Counted from the first letter of the stretch, positions 1-7,748 are shown. The stretch: 36,117 nt of DNA from a virus (IMGVR_UViG_2563366924_000002:1-36117); one strand, 5' to 3'. Notes: a model not told the origin generated them from the letters alone. Program-made: numbers and translations.

Positions 1-471
1 CTAATAAAATACCCAATTTTCTGTTTCTTGGTTGTGTCCAAAGTTATATTCAATATCTGGTGTTGATGTATCAATATTCTTCATCCCATCAACAAGAGTT
101 GATACAACAGCCAAATCTTGTTTGATTCTCATTAAATGGTACTTCTTCCGGCGCAATAAACTTTCAATGGCAAGTTTCTTCGTTGGGAATGCAAAAGATC
201 TTTCTGCATTTTTTGCTACTTTCTTAATTGCATATCTATTTCTCCTTTGTTTCCATTCCTGTAACCACTGATTTGGTGCTGGTTTAAAATTAACAATCCA
301 ATGCGCAGGAACCAACCATGCATAATGCTCTGTCTGATGAAAAGCTATATATTGAAGTGCGAATATTTTTATCCCATCTTCTTCAACTGTCGCCTGGAAT
401 CTCCAGAAAACAGGCATTCCATCATGTTCAGTTTCTGATTCAGGAAAAGGTACGCTCCATGATTTTGTCAT
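1..471 (-). CDS. Hypothetical protein, N-terminal 156 aa only (gene runs off the window start); AT-rich cargo gene distal to N
   Basis: ORF starting at 471 with GAGGTGA ribosome-binding site 4 nt upstream; strongly AT-rich; no motif recognised. Confidence 0.45.
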   Translation of the reverse strand: MTKSWSVPFPESETEHDGMPVFWRFQATVEEDGIKIFALQYIAFHQTEHYAWLVPAHWIVNFKPAPNQWLQEWKQRRNRYAIKKVAKNAERSFAFPTKKLAIESLLRRKKYHLMRIKQDLAVVSTLVDGMKNIDTSTPDIEYNFGHNQETENWVFY

Positions 472-551
472 ATCTCACCTCAAATAATTCAGTGCAGTGT
501 TTATTCTGTTGTTTATGCCAAAAGAAGGCCGACTATGCGGCATAATTATTT

Positions 552-740
552 TTAACTATCATCAATACATGGCACTTTATTCCAGTCGATATCGTTTTTA
601 TTGTCGTCCCACATGTCTTTGTTTTTGTATTTCTCGCTACATCCTAGGCAAATGTTGTATGGCCTACCGATAAGGTTTAACGAAATACGTTGCATTTCAT
701 TTGATTCAAACATGTATCCACAGAACTGACATTTATGCAT
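552..740 (-). CDS. Small zinc-ribbon-like protein (62 aa, CxxC...CxxC), in the position lambda uses for ral
   Basis: Two Cys pairs (CQFC, CLGC); AT-rich; follows N on the same strand; weak hairpin plus T-run after its stop. Confidence 0.5.
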   Translation of the reverse strand: MHKCQFCGYMFESNEMQRISLNLIGRPYNICLGCSEKYKNKDMWDDNKNDIDWNKVPCIDDS

Positions 741-799
741 ATCTCACCCCTCATACAGTAGCTTACTGCCTAATTTCATTTTCTGGCGACCAACACAAG

Positions 800-1183
800 T
801 CACCTCGCCGTCAGTTGTTTTGATTTCCGGTAGCCTGCCGCGTAAATGGCTACGTTTGGAAGACATACACCAGTTTCTGGTTGCTTATGTCCAAACTCAT
901 TCGCGTACACAATGGCCGCTCGCTCCAGATTGCGTCTGTATTCTTTCTGTTGCCAGATCACGTCCTGTGCCATGAACTTAATTGGCTTAGCGTCTTCTAT
1001 GCGCTCAGGCGTTTCGTGAGTACCTTTAGCCTGAATCTGCGCTCTGCTTAGAGTAGGGCGGTGTAATACTTCTGAACTTATTGCTTCTTCGCGGGCCAGT
1101 ACGCCGTTAGCTAATGCCTTTGCCTTTAAACGCTCACGACGACGAGAACGTGAATTGCCTTTGAACTGAGTTCTGCGTGTCAT
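800..1183 (-). CDS. N: Antitermination protein N (P22 gp24-like)
   Basis: N-terminal arginine-rich motif RSRRRERLKAKALANG resembling lambda N RRRERRAEKQAQWKAAN; C-terminus YAAGYRKSKQLTAR resembling P22 gp24; GGAGG ribosome-binding site; sits downstream of nutL and OL/PL. Confidence 0.8.
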   Translation of the reverse strand: MTRRTQFKGNSRSRRRERLKAKALANGVLAREEAISSEVLHRPTLSRAQIQAKGTHETPERIEDAKPIKFMAQDVIWQQKEYRRNLERAAIVYANEFGHKQPETGVCLPNVAIYAAGYRKSKQLTAR

Positions 1184-1200
1184 ATAGACCTCCTGATGAA

Positions 1201-1430
1201 CTTTGGTGGTGTGGTGGCTGGTAGTCTAGCTCCAGCTTGTTGAGTCTCATTCGGAGGGGTATAACCGGCACCCCAGTGATTTTTCCATGCGACAACGTGC
1301 GCGTTATGGCGGCCTTATCGCCCGCGGCTCCCCATCTCGTCCACGCTATTGCTAGCGTTGGGAGCGCTTCACCGCTCAACAGTAGGTAAGCACTTGCCAG
1401 TGACTAGCTGGCTTCACCACACCCCAAAGT
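1201..1430 (-). promoter_or_regulatory. N leader RNA with long-range inverted repeat enclosing about 200 nt immediately upstream of the N ribosome-binding site
   Basis: Plus 1201-1216 ctttggtggtgtggtg is near-perfect reverse complement of plus 1415-1429 caccacaccccaaag. Confidence 0.45.
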
Positions 1431-1444
1431 TCACTTTGGTTATT

Positions 1445-1459
1445 GCGCTTTGTCAGCGC
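1445..1459 (-). promoter_or_regulatory. nutL boxB hairpin (P22 type, GCGCUGACAAAGCGC on the transcribed strand)
   Basis: Plus gcgctttgtcagcgc; reverse complement matches the P22 boxB as I recall it; located between PL and N. Confidence 0.6.
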
Positions 1460-1517
1460 CGTAGATTCATATTCGAATCGTTGTATATTCACCGCCCTGG
1501 TGAGTAGTGCGTCCTGC

Positions 1518-1620
1518 TGATGGGCAAACTTTATCGGAATGATAAATTAATGGCAATAGCAAAATGATAAATTCTTTTGATTTTCAAATATCGTATTGAT
1601 TCTTATGGTGTTTTATTTTG
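1518..1620 (-). promoter_or_regulatory. OL/PL region: leftward early promoter with repeated TGATAAAT operator half-sites
   Basis: Minus-strand TTGCCA, 17 nt, TAAAGT; repeated atgataaatt motifs at about 1539-1585, shared with the OR region. Confidence 0.5.
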
Positions 1621-1737
1621 TTGTAGGAATTCGACAGGATAAATAAAGAGATTTGAGGGAGATCTGGATTGCGTGGTTTAGCAAGTTGTATCAATCAGTT
1701 TTTCAATAAATACAATGAGTTATGTTTTTTAGGTGGG

Positions 1738-1766
1738 GGATCGAGAGGCAAAGAAAACCCGGCGCT
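1738..1766 (-). terminator. Rho-independent terminator ending the cI operon (minus strand)
   Basis: Hairpin cccggc/gccggg (1748-1765) followed on the minus strand by TTTTCTTT; about 25 nt after the stop of the 118-aa gene. Confidence 0.6.
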
Positions 1767-1787
1767 GAGGCCGGGTTGTGTAGATTC

Positions 1788-2144
1788 TTAGTGAGGTAGT
1801 GATGGCATCATTTTTATTATTAACCCAACACCAGTTCCAACGGCTGCAAGAACTGAACCAATAATAGCCATGGCTTGGAGTCTCATTGCGCTGTGAAGTT
1901 CTGCTTTTGCATTAGCTATGTCTGTTTTAACAGATTCTACATTGGCAGATGTTGCATAGTTAGACTTAATTACAGCGATGTCGGTCGCCATGGTTGCGAC
2001 TTTATCTTCAAGAATTTTTATGCGCTGTAACATGTCACCACCTCCACCGTTACCACCACCATATGTCTCATCATTATGGTGGTTATGTGGAAAATTATCA
2101 ACTTTACTCCTGTCAAGAGGCACAGCGTACAGATGTCGTTTCAT
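1788..2144 (-). CDS. Small membrane protein (118 aa): His/Gly-rich N-terminus, coiled-coil-like middle, single C-terminal TM helix (XhlA-like architecture); second gene of the cI-linked cassette
   Basis: Hydrophobic stretch AMAIIGSVLAAVGTGVGLII near the C-terminus; GGGNGGGGD; start overlaps upstream stop by ATGA; AT-rich. Confidence 0.6.
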   Translation of the reverse strand: MKRHLYAVPLDRSKVDNFPHNHHNDETYGGGNGGGGDMLQRIKILEDKVATMATDIAVIKSNYATSANVESVKTDIANAKAELHSAMRLQAMAIIGSVLAAVGTGVGLIIKMMPSLPH

Positions 2145-2581
2145 TCCTTATCTCTGTTCGGGGTGGTTGAAATAAGAGCGCATTTTTTTTCATCAATAAC
2201 TTCGCTAAGATTACCATCAATGTCTTCAAAGATGCGATAAATTATGTCATATGTTCCTGTTTCTATAAGTTTGATGTTTTTAACGAAAAGATATGTGCCA
2301 ACCACAACATATTTTTCATTGACAGGAGAAAACATAAATGTTTGCAGTTGCTCTTGATTGCTAGAGATATCAGGTAAAACCGATTCTCCATTGAATACGA
2401 CATCAAGTTCGGTAGTGTATTTTTTTTCGTGCTCGAAGTACATTATTGCAGTTAGGTAAAATGAGCCGGAACAAGGGTATTCTTCCGACACTATTATAGG
2501 ATCTGGTGTCATAAAAGGAGTGATTGCCAGCCCGGGTTTTACCGCCGTTGTGTAGATTGTTATTATTTTTTCTTCTCTCAT
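2141..2581 (-). CDS. Hypothetical soluble protein (146 aa); first gene downstream of cI (rexA position)
   Basis: AAGGAAA ribosome-binding site; 69-bp gap after the cI stop; AT-rich; no motif recognised. Confidence 0.6.
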   Translation of the reverse strand: MREEKIITIYTTAVKPGLAITPFMTPDPIIVSEEYPCSGSFYLTAIMYFEHEKKYTTELDVVFNGESVLPDISSNQEQLQTFMFSPVNEKYVVVGTYLFVKNIKLIETGTYDIIYRIFEDIDGNLSEVIDEKKCALISTTPNRDKE

Positions 2582-2650
2582 GAAGATATTTCCTTAAAAT
2601 CATCCAAACGTCTCTTCAGGCCACTGGCTATCAGCTATGGGACGATGAAG

Positions 2651-3355
2651 TCACGAACTTTTCAGCCACTCCCTTGCCTCGATGTCATCCAGATGGCGAG
2701 ATTGCTTCAGAATACCAGCCACATACTCCACCTTTGCTACTTGATGATAAGGCAACGTTATTGGCCTGTGGTCTTGGTTGATGCTTGTAAATTGGTATTC
2801 TCCATCTCTGTCATAGCCAAGAACCTTAATCATGTTGTGTCCTTCAACGGTTCTGACAAACACCTCATCACCAGGGAATACTTTGGTGTTAGGCTCAATG
2901 AGTACATATTCTCCTGATTTTATTCTAGGCCACATGCTGTCTCCTTTCACACGAAGGCCAAAGGCATCTGGATCATCGCTATAAATTTTGAGCCACCCAT
3001 CGCGCTCTTCGGTCATCTCGATGGCACCATCAACACCAAGAATTGCCTCACCAACCACGCGCACTAACCCTTTTCTTACCTGACCGACAAAAGTTAAAGA
3101 ATCTGAGCATGATGCAATTGGTGTTACATCATGTACCAAATCAAGCCACCCATTAGGTAACCCAAGTGCGGCTTCAAATTTTCTTGCTAGTTTATCCCCT
3201 ATGTTTCGAGTGCTTTTTTCACCGGAGACTTGCGTGAGTTGAGAAGGGCTAACCCCAAGCTTATCGGCAAAGCTTGCATTAGTGTTACCCGCGATTTTTT
3301 TATGCTCATCTAGCAAAAACGCCAGATTCGATTTGCGAATATCTTTGTTTTCCAT
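2651..3355 (-). CDS. cI: CI-type prophage repressor (N-terminal HTH, C-terminal S24 LexA-like peptidase domain)
   Basis: HTH segment LGVSPSQLTQ; peptidase motif VKGDSMWPRIKSGEYVLIEP; divergent from the cro-like gene across an operator region. Confidence 0.9.
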   Translation of the reverse strand: MENKDIRKSNLAFLLDEHKKIAGNTNASFADKLGVSPSQLTQVSGEKSTRNIGDKLARKFEAALGLPNGWLDLVHDVTPIASCSDSLTFVGQVRKGLVRVVGEAILGVDGAIEMTEERDGWLKIYSDDPDAFGLRVKGDSMWPRIKSGEYVLIEPNTKVFPGDEVFVRTVEGHNMIKVLGYDRDGEYQFTSINQDHRPITLPYHQVAKVEYVAGILKQSRHLDDIEAREWLKSS

Positions 3356-3468
3356 CTCACAATTTTCCCTCTATTTAGCAAATGGATAAATACGCAATAT
3401 GATAAATTTACATTGCGGTTGATTTATCAAAATGGTAAAGTTATTCTGTATGATAAACGGAGGCACTA
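3356..3468. promoter_or_regulatory. OR region with divergent PR/PRM and repeated TGATAAAT operator half-sites
   Basis: Candidate PR -35 TTGATT (3419-3424), 17 nt, -10 TATTCT (3442-3447); tggataaat, atgataaat, gatttatca, atgataaac copies. Confidence 0.6.
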
Positions 3469-3702
3469 ATGAGTAATGAACTACTACGCTGGCGAAAAGA
3501 GGCTTCTAGTGAGGAATGGAAGCGACTCGCCGCATTAGCGAAAACTTCAGTTGGCTATCTTGACCAGATTGCATATGGATTTCGAAGAGCTTCCCCTGAT
3601 AAAGCGAATGCAATCGAAGAAGCTACTCGTAATTTCACGGCCTATAAACCCGTGAAAAAGGAAAACCTGGTGTTCGTATCGCGTAGAGCATCAGCAGCAT
3701 AA
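3469..3702 (+). CDS. Cro-like early repressor (YdaS-type HTH protein)
   Basis: 77 aa, GGAGG ribosome-binding site, first rightward gene after OR; HTH region resembling YdaS from the Rac prophage rather than lambda Cro. Confidence 0.6.
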   Translation: MSNELLRWRKEASSEEWKRLAALAKTSVGYLDQIAYGFRRASPDKANAIEEATRNFTAYKPVKKENLVFVSRRASAA

Positions 3703-3709
3703 GTAACAC

Positions 3710-3755
3710 CGCTCTTTTCACAATGGACATTCGTCCTACGTCGCTGACAAAGCGA
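3710..3755 (+). promoter_or_regulatory. nutR: boxA-like CGCTCTTTT plus boxB hairpin tcgctgacaaagcga
   Basis: boxA-like element at 3710-3718; boxB stem tcgc/gcga with loop tgacaaa at 3741-3755, same loop as nutL boxB. Confidence 0.5.
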
Positions 3756-3840
3756 GCCCCAAGATATCTGACCAACTAAGGTCATATGCGTTTCCACGCA
3801 TACCTTTCAACTAACTATTCACTATTGGAAATATTAAGAA

Positions 3841-4137
3841 ATGACACAAGCAAGTTACAGCAAGCCAACACAGCGAGAAATTGATCGCGCTGAAACTGAT
3901 TTACTCATCAACCTGTCAACGCTTACCCAGCGCGGTCTGGCAAAGATGATTGGCTGTCATGAATCGAAGATAAGCAGAACGGACTGGAGATTTATTGCTT
4001 CGGTCTTGTGTGCTTTCGGAATGGCATCAGACATCAGTCCGATTAGCAGGGCTTTTAAGTATGCGCTTGATGAAATCACAAAGAAAAAATCCCCGGCCGC
4101 CACCGAGGATTTTAAGCAAATTGATATGCAATTCTGA
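3841..4137 (+). CDS. cII: CII transcriptional activator
   Basis: C-terminus KKKSPAATEDFKQIDMQF closely resembles lambda CII KKRPAATERSEQIQMEF; HTH region; correct position. Confidence 0.85.
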   Translation: MTQASYSKPTQREIDRAETDLLINLSTLTQRGLAKMIGCHESKISRTDWRFIASVLCAFGMASDISPISRAFKYALDEITKKKSPAATEDFKQIDMQF

Positions 4138-4169
4138 GGTAATTACTGGATCAATCCACAGGAGTAATT

Positions 4170-4331
4170 ATGACAAAACGTCGTAAGAAATACCAGGAAA
4201 AAGAAGAGATTCGACACCCTGATTCACCTGAGGGATTAGTGGTAGCCGCAGCAAATAACAGGGCGTTCGCAGAGCGCCTTGTTGGTGTTTACAGACTAGC
4301 CAAAGCAGGAGTGAAACATGGGCGTCGTTAA
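4170..4331 (+). CDS. Small basic hypothetical protein (53 aa)
   Basis: GGAG ribosome-binding site 6 nt upstream of ATG; overlaps the O-like gene start; below the 60-aa track cutoff, found by hand translation. Confidence 0.3.
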   Translation: MTKRRKKYQEKEEIRHPDSPEGLVVAAANNRAFAERLVGVYRLAKAGVKHGRR

Positions 4332-5208
4332 GTTAGCTGATTACAGGCATAACCCTGTACAACATCAGGAGGCATCCAGTATGGGGTATGTCTCTATACA
4401 CCGCCAGTTTATGGACAGCAGGCTCTATAAGGACTCTCAGGCAGTACATCTTTGGCTTCACTTAATCCTCAAGGCTAATCACGAATCTACTGTCGTCAAT
4501 ACGGATATCGGGCCGATAACTGTTGATCGCGGTCAGATGATAACTGGACGCCCGTCGCTGGTCAGAGAAACATTCATCCCCGACAACAAAGTTCGGAGCT
4601 TATTGCGGACTTTTGAGTCGAAAGGGATGCTTAATATTTGCTCGATGGGGAAGAAATTTAGCCTGTTTACAATCGTTAAATATGACGATTTTCAGGCAAA
4701 AAATTGTCCAACGGTTGTCCAACGGTTGTCCAACGCAAACACCAGTAATTGCGCGGCTCTCAGCGGAGATTGTCCAACGGTTGTCCAACGGTTGTCCATA
4801 AACAATAATATAAATAATATCTCTAATACTGACGTATTAGAGAGTGCCACAGCAGACAAAAAGTCTGACAAGAAAAAACCTTCCGTCAGCTGTCAGGATG
4901 TTGTCGATGCTTACCACGAAATCCTTCCTGAAGCGCCAAGAATCCGCGCACTGAATGACAAGCGTAAAAACCAGATCCGAACGTTCTGGCGCAAAGCCGG
5001 AGTGATAACCCGCCAGCTTGACGGGCATGGGTTCACGATGCAGGACTGGAGAAATTATTTGAGCTACGTAGGCGAAAATTGCCGATGGATGTTCGAAGAA
5101 CGCCCAAACCATCAACGCGGAACCGTCTGGCACAAAAAGGGATTTGATTTCCTGCTTAACGACAATACCTACCTGAAAGTTCGTGAGGGTGAACACGATG
5201 ACCGATAA
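4318..5208 (+). CDS. Replication initiation protein (lambda O-like replisome organiser) with the origin inside its coding sequence
   Basis: Position before the helicase; iteron cluster inside the gene; stop overlaps the helicase start. Confidence 0.75.
   Translation: MGVVKLADYRHNPVQHQEASSMGYVSIHRQFMDSRLYKDSQAVHLWLHLILKANHESTVVNTDIGPITVDRGQMITGRPSLVRETFIPDNKVRSLLRTFESKGMLNICSMGKKFSLFTIVKYDDFQAKNCPTVVQRLSNANTSNCAALSGDCPTVVQRLSINNNINNISNTDVLESATADKKSDKKKPSVSCQDVVDAYHEILPEAPRIRALNDKRKNQIRTFWRKAGVITRQLDGHGFTMQDWRNYLSYVGENCRWMFEERPNHQRGTVWHKKGFDFLLNDNTYLKVREGEHDDR
4704..4830. repeat. Origin of replication: two clusters of three direct 11-bp iterons (ttgtccaacgg) followed by an AT-rich stretch
   Basis: ttgtccaacggttgtccaacggttgtccaacg at 4704-4736 and again at 4770-4800; then aacaataatataaataatatctctaatac. 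Confidence 0.75.
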
Positions 5209-6634
5209 TTTTTATGCGCCGCCCCATAGCATCGAGGCTGAGCAGGCGGTGATTGGTGGATTGCTTCTGGATGATGACAGCAGTGAGCGCGTCCAGAAAG
5301 TTCTGGCGATGCTGAAGCCTGATTCATTTTACAGCCGACCACACAAAATCCTTTTCGAAGAAATAACCAGAATGCACCGGGAGCAAAAGCCAGTAGATGG
5401 CCTGACGCTTTTCGATGAACTGGAGCGTAAATCGTTAACGGCGTCTGTTGGCGGTTTTGCTTATATCGCTGAGATCGCAAAGAACACGCCAAGCGCCGCA
5501 AACATCGTTGCCTATGCAATGCAGGTTCGTGAAACCGCAATGGAACGCTACGCCATTAACCGCATGACTGAAGCGACGGAATTGCTCTATTCACGCAACG
5601 GAATGACTGCAACGCAGAAGTACGAAGCTATTCAGGCGATTTTCACGCAACTGACAGACCATGCAAAAACCGGATCGCGTCGCGGCCTTCGCTCATTTGG
5701 TGAGGTCATGGAAGACTGGGTTAGCGACCTTGAGAAGCGATTTGACCCGTCAGGCGAACAACGAGGAATGAGCACAGGGATCCCATCGCTGGACAGGATG
5801 CTGTCACCGAAAGGTCTGGTGAAAGGCTCTCTGTTCGTCATTGGCGCTCGCCCTAAGATGGGGAAAACGACGCTATACAGCCAGATGGCAATCAACTGTG
5901 CGGTGCATGAGAAAAAGCCCGCTCTGATGTTCAGCCTTGAAATGCCAGGTGACCAGATACTGGAAAAACTGGTAGGACAGAAGTCAGGTGTTAACCCGAA
6001 TATTTTTTACCTTCCGGCGACAAATGACGCTGATGACGGCTATCAGGGTGATTACGATGGTGACTTCAACAGGGCGATCGAAACAGCCAATCGCTTGAGT
6101 GAAATCGACCTGCTTTACATCGACGACACGCCGGGATTATCTCTGGCTCAAATCGTCAGCGAAAGCCGTCGAATCAAGCGAGAAAAAGGATGCGTTGGCA
6201 TGATTCTGGTCGATTACCTGACACTAATGACTGCTGAGAAGGCCGATCGCAACGACCTTGCTTACGGCATGATCACCAAAGGATTGAAGAACCTTGCCAA
6301 AGAGCTTGATTGCGTTGTTGTGCTTCTGACACAGCTTAACCGCGCATTGGAAAGCCGAACCAATAAACGCCCATTACCAAGTGACTCGCGCGATACAGGG
6401 CAGATTGAACAGGATTGCGATTATTGGGTTGGGATCCATCGTGAAGGCGCTTTTGATGACAGTGTTCCACCTGGTGAAACCGAACTAATCCTTCGTCTCA
6501 ATCGTCATGGCAATACCGGCACGGTGTATTGCATTCAGGCAAATGGCGCTATTTATGACACAGACCAACAGTCTGCTGAAATGCGCCGACGTGAACGCGA
6601 GGAACCGCAGTCCAAGAAGAAAGGAGGATTCTGA
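5198..6634 (+). CDS. DnaB-family replicative helicase (P22 gp12-like)
   Basis: N-terminus PPHSIEAEQAVIGGLLLD is DnaB-like; Walker A GARPKMGKTT; start taken at MTDNFY, overlapping the O stop. Confidence 0.85.
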   Translation: MTDNFYAPPHSIEAEQAVIGGLLLDDDSSERVQKVLAMLKPDSFYSRPHKILFEEITRMHREQKPVDGLTLFDELERKSLTASVGGFAYIAEIAKNTPSAANIVAYAMQVRETAMERYAINRMTEATELLYSRNGMTATQKYEAIQAIFTQLTDHAKTGSRRGLRSFGEVMEDWVSDLEKRFDPSGEQRGMSTGIPSLDRMLSPKGLVKGSLFVIGARPKMGKTTLYSQMAINCAVHEKKPALMFSLEMPGDQILEKLVGQKSGVNPNIFYLPATNDADDGYQGDYDGDFNRAIETANRLSEIDLLYIDDTPGLSLAQIVSESRRIKREKGCVGMILVDYLTLMTAEKADRNDLAYGMITKGLKNLAKELDCVVVLLTQLNRALESRTNKRPLPSDSRDTGQIEQDCDYWVGIHREGAFDDSVPPGETELILRLNRHGNTGTVYCIQANGAIYDTDQQSAEMRRREREEPQSKKKGGF

Positions 6635-6661
6635 TGACCATCTACATCACTGAGCTTGTAA

Positions 6662-6694
6662 CAGGCCTGCTGGTAATCGCAGGCCTTTTTATTT
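6662..6694 (+). terminator. Rho-independent terminator after the replication genes
   Basis: Hairpin caggcctgc...gcaggcct followed by TTTTTATTT. Confidence 0.55.
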
Positions 6695-6723
6695 GGGGGA
6701 GAGGGAATTGGAGGCTTTAAGAA

Positions 6724-6939
6724 ATGAGTACGATAGCTGAGCTTGTCAGGGCTAATTTTCGTGAAGAGTTGGTGCGTTGGTATCGGTATCGTTCATCGTC
6801 CAGTTTGCCGATTGATGAGTTGTATGAGCATTCACCTGCTGCACGACGCTATCCGCGTGACCGTGTTCTTCGACGGTTGTTCAAACTCAACAATGAGTTT
6901 CAGCGCAACAGAATTATTCGGAGTCTGGATTTAAAGTAA
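6724..6939 (+). CDS. Hypothetical protein (71 aa) at the start of the nin region
   Basis: GGAGG ribosome-binding site upstream; an alternative overlapping frame (6743-6934) is less convincing. Confidence 0.4.
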   Translation: MSTIAELVRANFREELVRWYRYRSSSSLPIDELYEHSPAARRYPRDRVLRRLFKLNNEFQRNRIIRSLDLK

Positions 6940-6949
6940 AGGAGTGAGC

Positions 6950-7156
6950 ATGACAAATCAGCAGCAAATAGAGTTCATCCTTGAGCAGATTCGAAAAATG
7001 CGAGAAAAGAACCAGCCAGACATGATGGAAATATGGAGACGCCAGCAGGAAGAATACCGCAAGCATATTTTTGGTGAGAGAAAACAGGATGACTGGAGCC
7101 TATATGGCTATGGCACCAGGACAAATAAAAACGGATATAGCCTTTACACATATTGA
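6950..7156 (+). CDS. Hypothetical protein (68 aa)
   Basis: AAGGAG ribosome-binding site before the ATG at 6950. Confidence 0.45.
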   Translation: MTNQQQIEFILEQIRKMREKNQPDMMEIWRRQQEEYRKHIFGERKQDDWSLYGYGTRTNKNGYSLYTY

Positions 7157-7164
7157 GGAATTCC

Positions 7165-7575
7165 ATGAAACAGACAATTTTCCTCAGGAGTAAGCAACAA
7201 CAGCAAGCCGCAATCACCGCCATCCTCGCAACACCACTCGATAAAGACAAGCCAGTTACCATCCGCATTACTGACTACAAGCGCAACCTTGACCAGAACG
7301 CAAAATTTCACGCGATGCTGGCGGATATCGCAAGTCAGGTTCAATGGTGCGGCAAATGGTTAAAACCAGAACAATGGAAGGTTTTGTTGATAAGCGGTCA
7401 TGCAGTGGCAACAAAGCAGGAAGCTGATGTTTTGCCCGGCCTTGAAGGCGAATACGTCAACATTCGCGAAAGCAGCGCGCAGATGAGCGTGAAGCGTATG
7501 GCAAGTCTGATCGAGTACACAACAGCATGGGCTATTGGTCAGGGTGTCAGATTTACCGACAGGAGGTACGAATGA
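7165..7575 (+). CDS. ninB: NinB (Orf-family recombination mediator)
   Basis: [31 protein letters not shown] parallels lambda NinB VTIQERNRSLDQNRKLWACLGDVSRQVEW. Confidence 0.85.
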   Translation: MKQTIFLRSKQQQQAAITAILATPLDKDKPVTIRITDYKRNLDQNAKFHAMLADIASQVQWCGKWLKPEQWKVLLISGHAVATKQEADVLPGLEGEYVNIRESSAQMSVKRMASLIEYTTAWAIGQGVRFTDRRYE

Positions 7576-7748
7576 GACGACAGCGACGAAGTATCACCGA
7601 CATAATCTGCGAAAACTGCAAATACCTTCCAACGAAACGCTCCAGAAATAAACGCAAGCCAATCCCAAAAGAATCTGACGTAAAAACCTTCAACTACACG
7701 GCTCACCTGTGGGATATCCGGTGGCTAAGACATCGTGCGAGGAAATGA
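7572..7748 (+). CDS. Small basic nin-region protein (58 aa), NinD-like by position
   Basis: GGAGG ribosome-binding site; start overlaps the NinB stop. Confidence 0.4.
   Translation: MRRQRRSITDIICENCKYLPTKRSRNKRKPIPKESDVKTFNYTAHLWDIRWLRHRARK

Noticed and set aside
1134-1379. 81-aa minus-strand ORF overlapping the start of N and its leader
   Set aside because: It lies in the N leader upstream of the well-supported N start, has no ribosome-binding site, and the region is better explained as structured leader RNA.
1200-1500. Possible retron-type ncRNA suggested by inverted repeats flanking a structured region
   Set aside because: No reverse transcriptase ORF is nearby; the position between PL/nutL and N matches an N leader with an RNase III-type structure.
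4600-4801. Two 62-aa ORFs on opposite strands over the iteron cluster
   Set aside because: They are translation artefacts of the tandem ttgtccaacgg repeats (repetitive peptide VVQRLSNGCP) inside the O-like gene.
6636-6722. Short hydrophobic peptide ORF (MTIYITELVTGLLVIAGLFIWGRGNWRL) that could look like a toxin or leader peptide
   Set aside because: The sequence coincides with the terminator hairpin and T-run after the helicase gene and lacks a ribosome-binding site.
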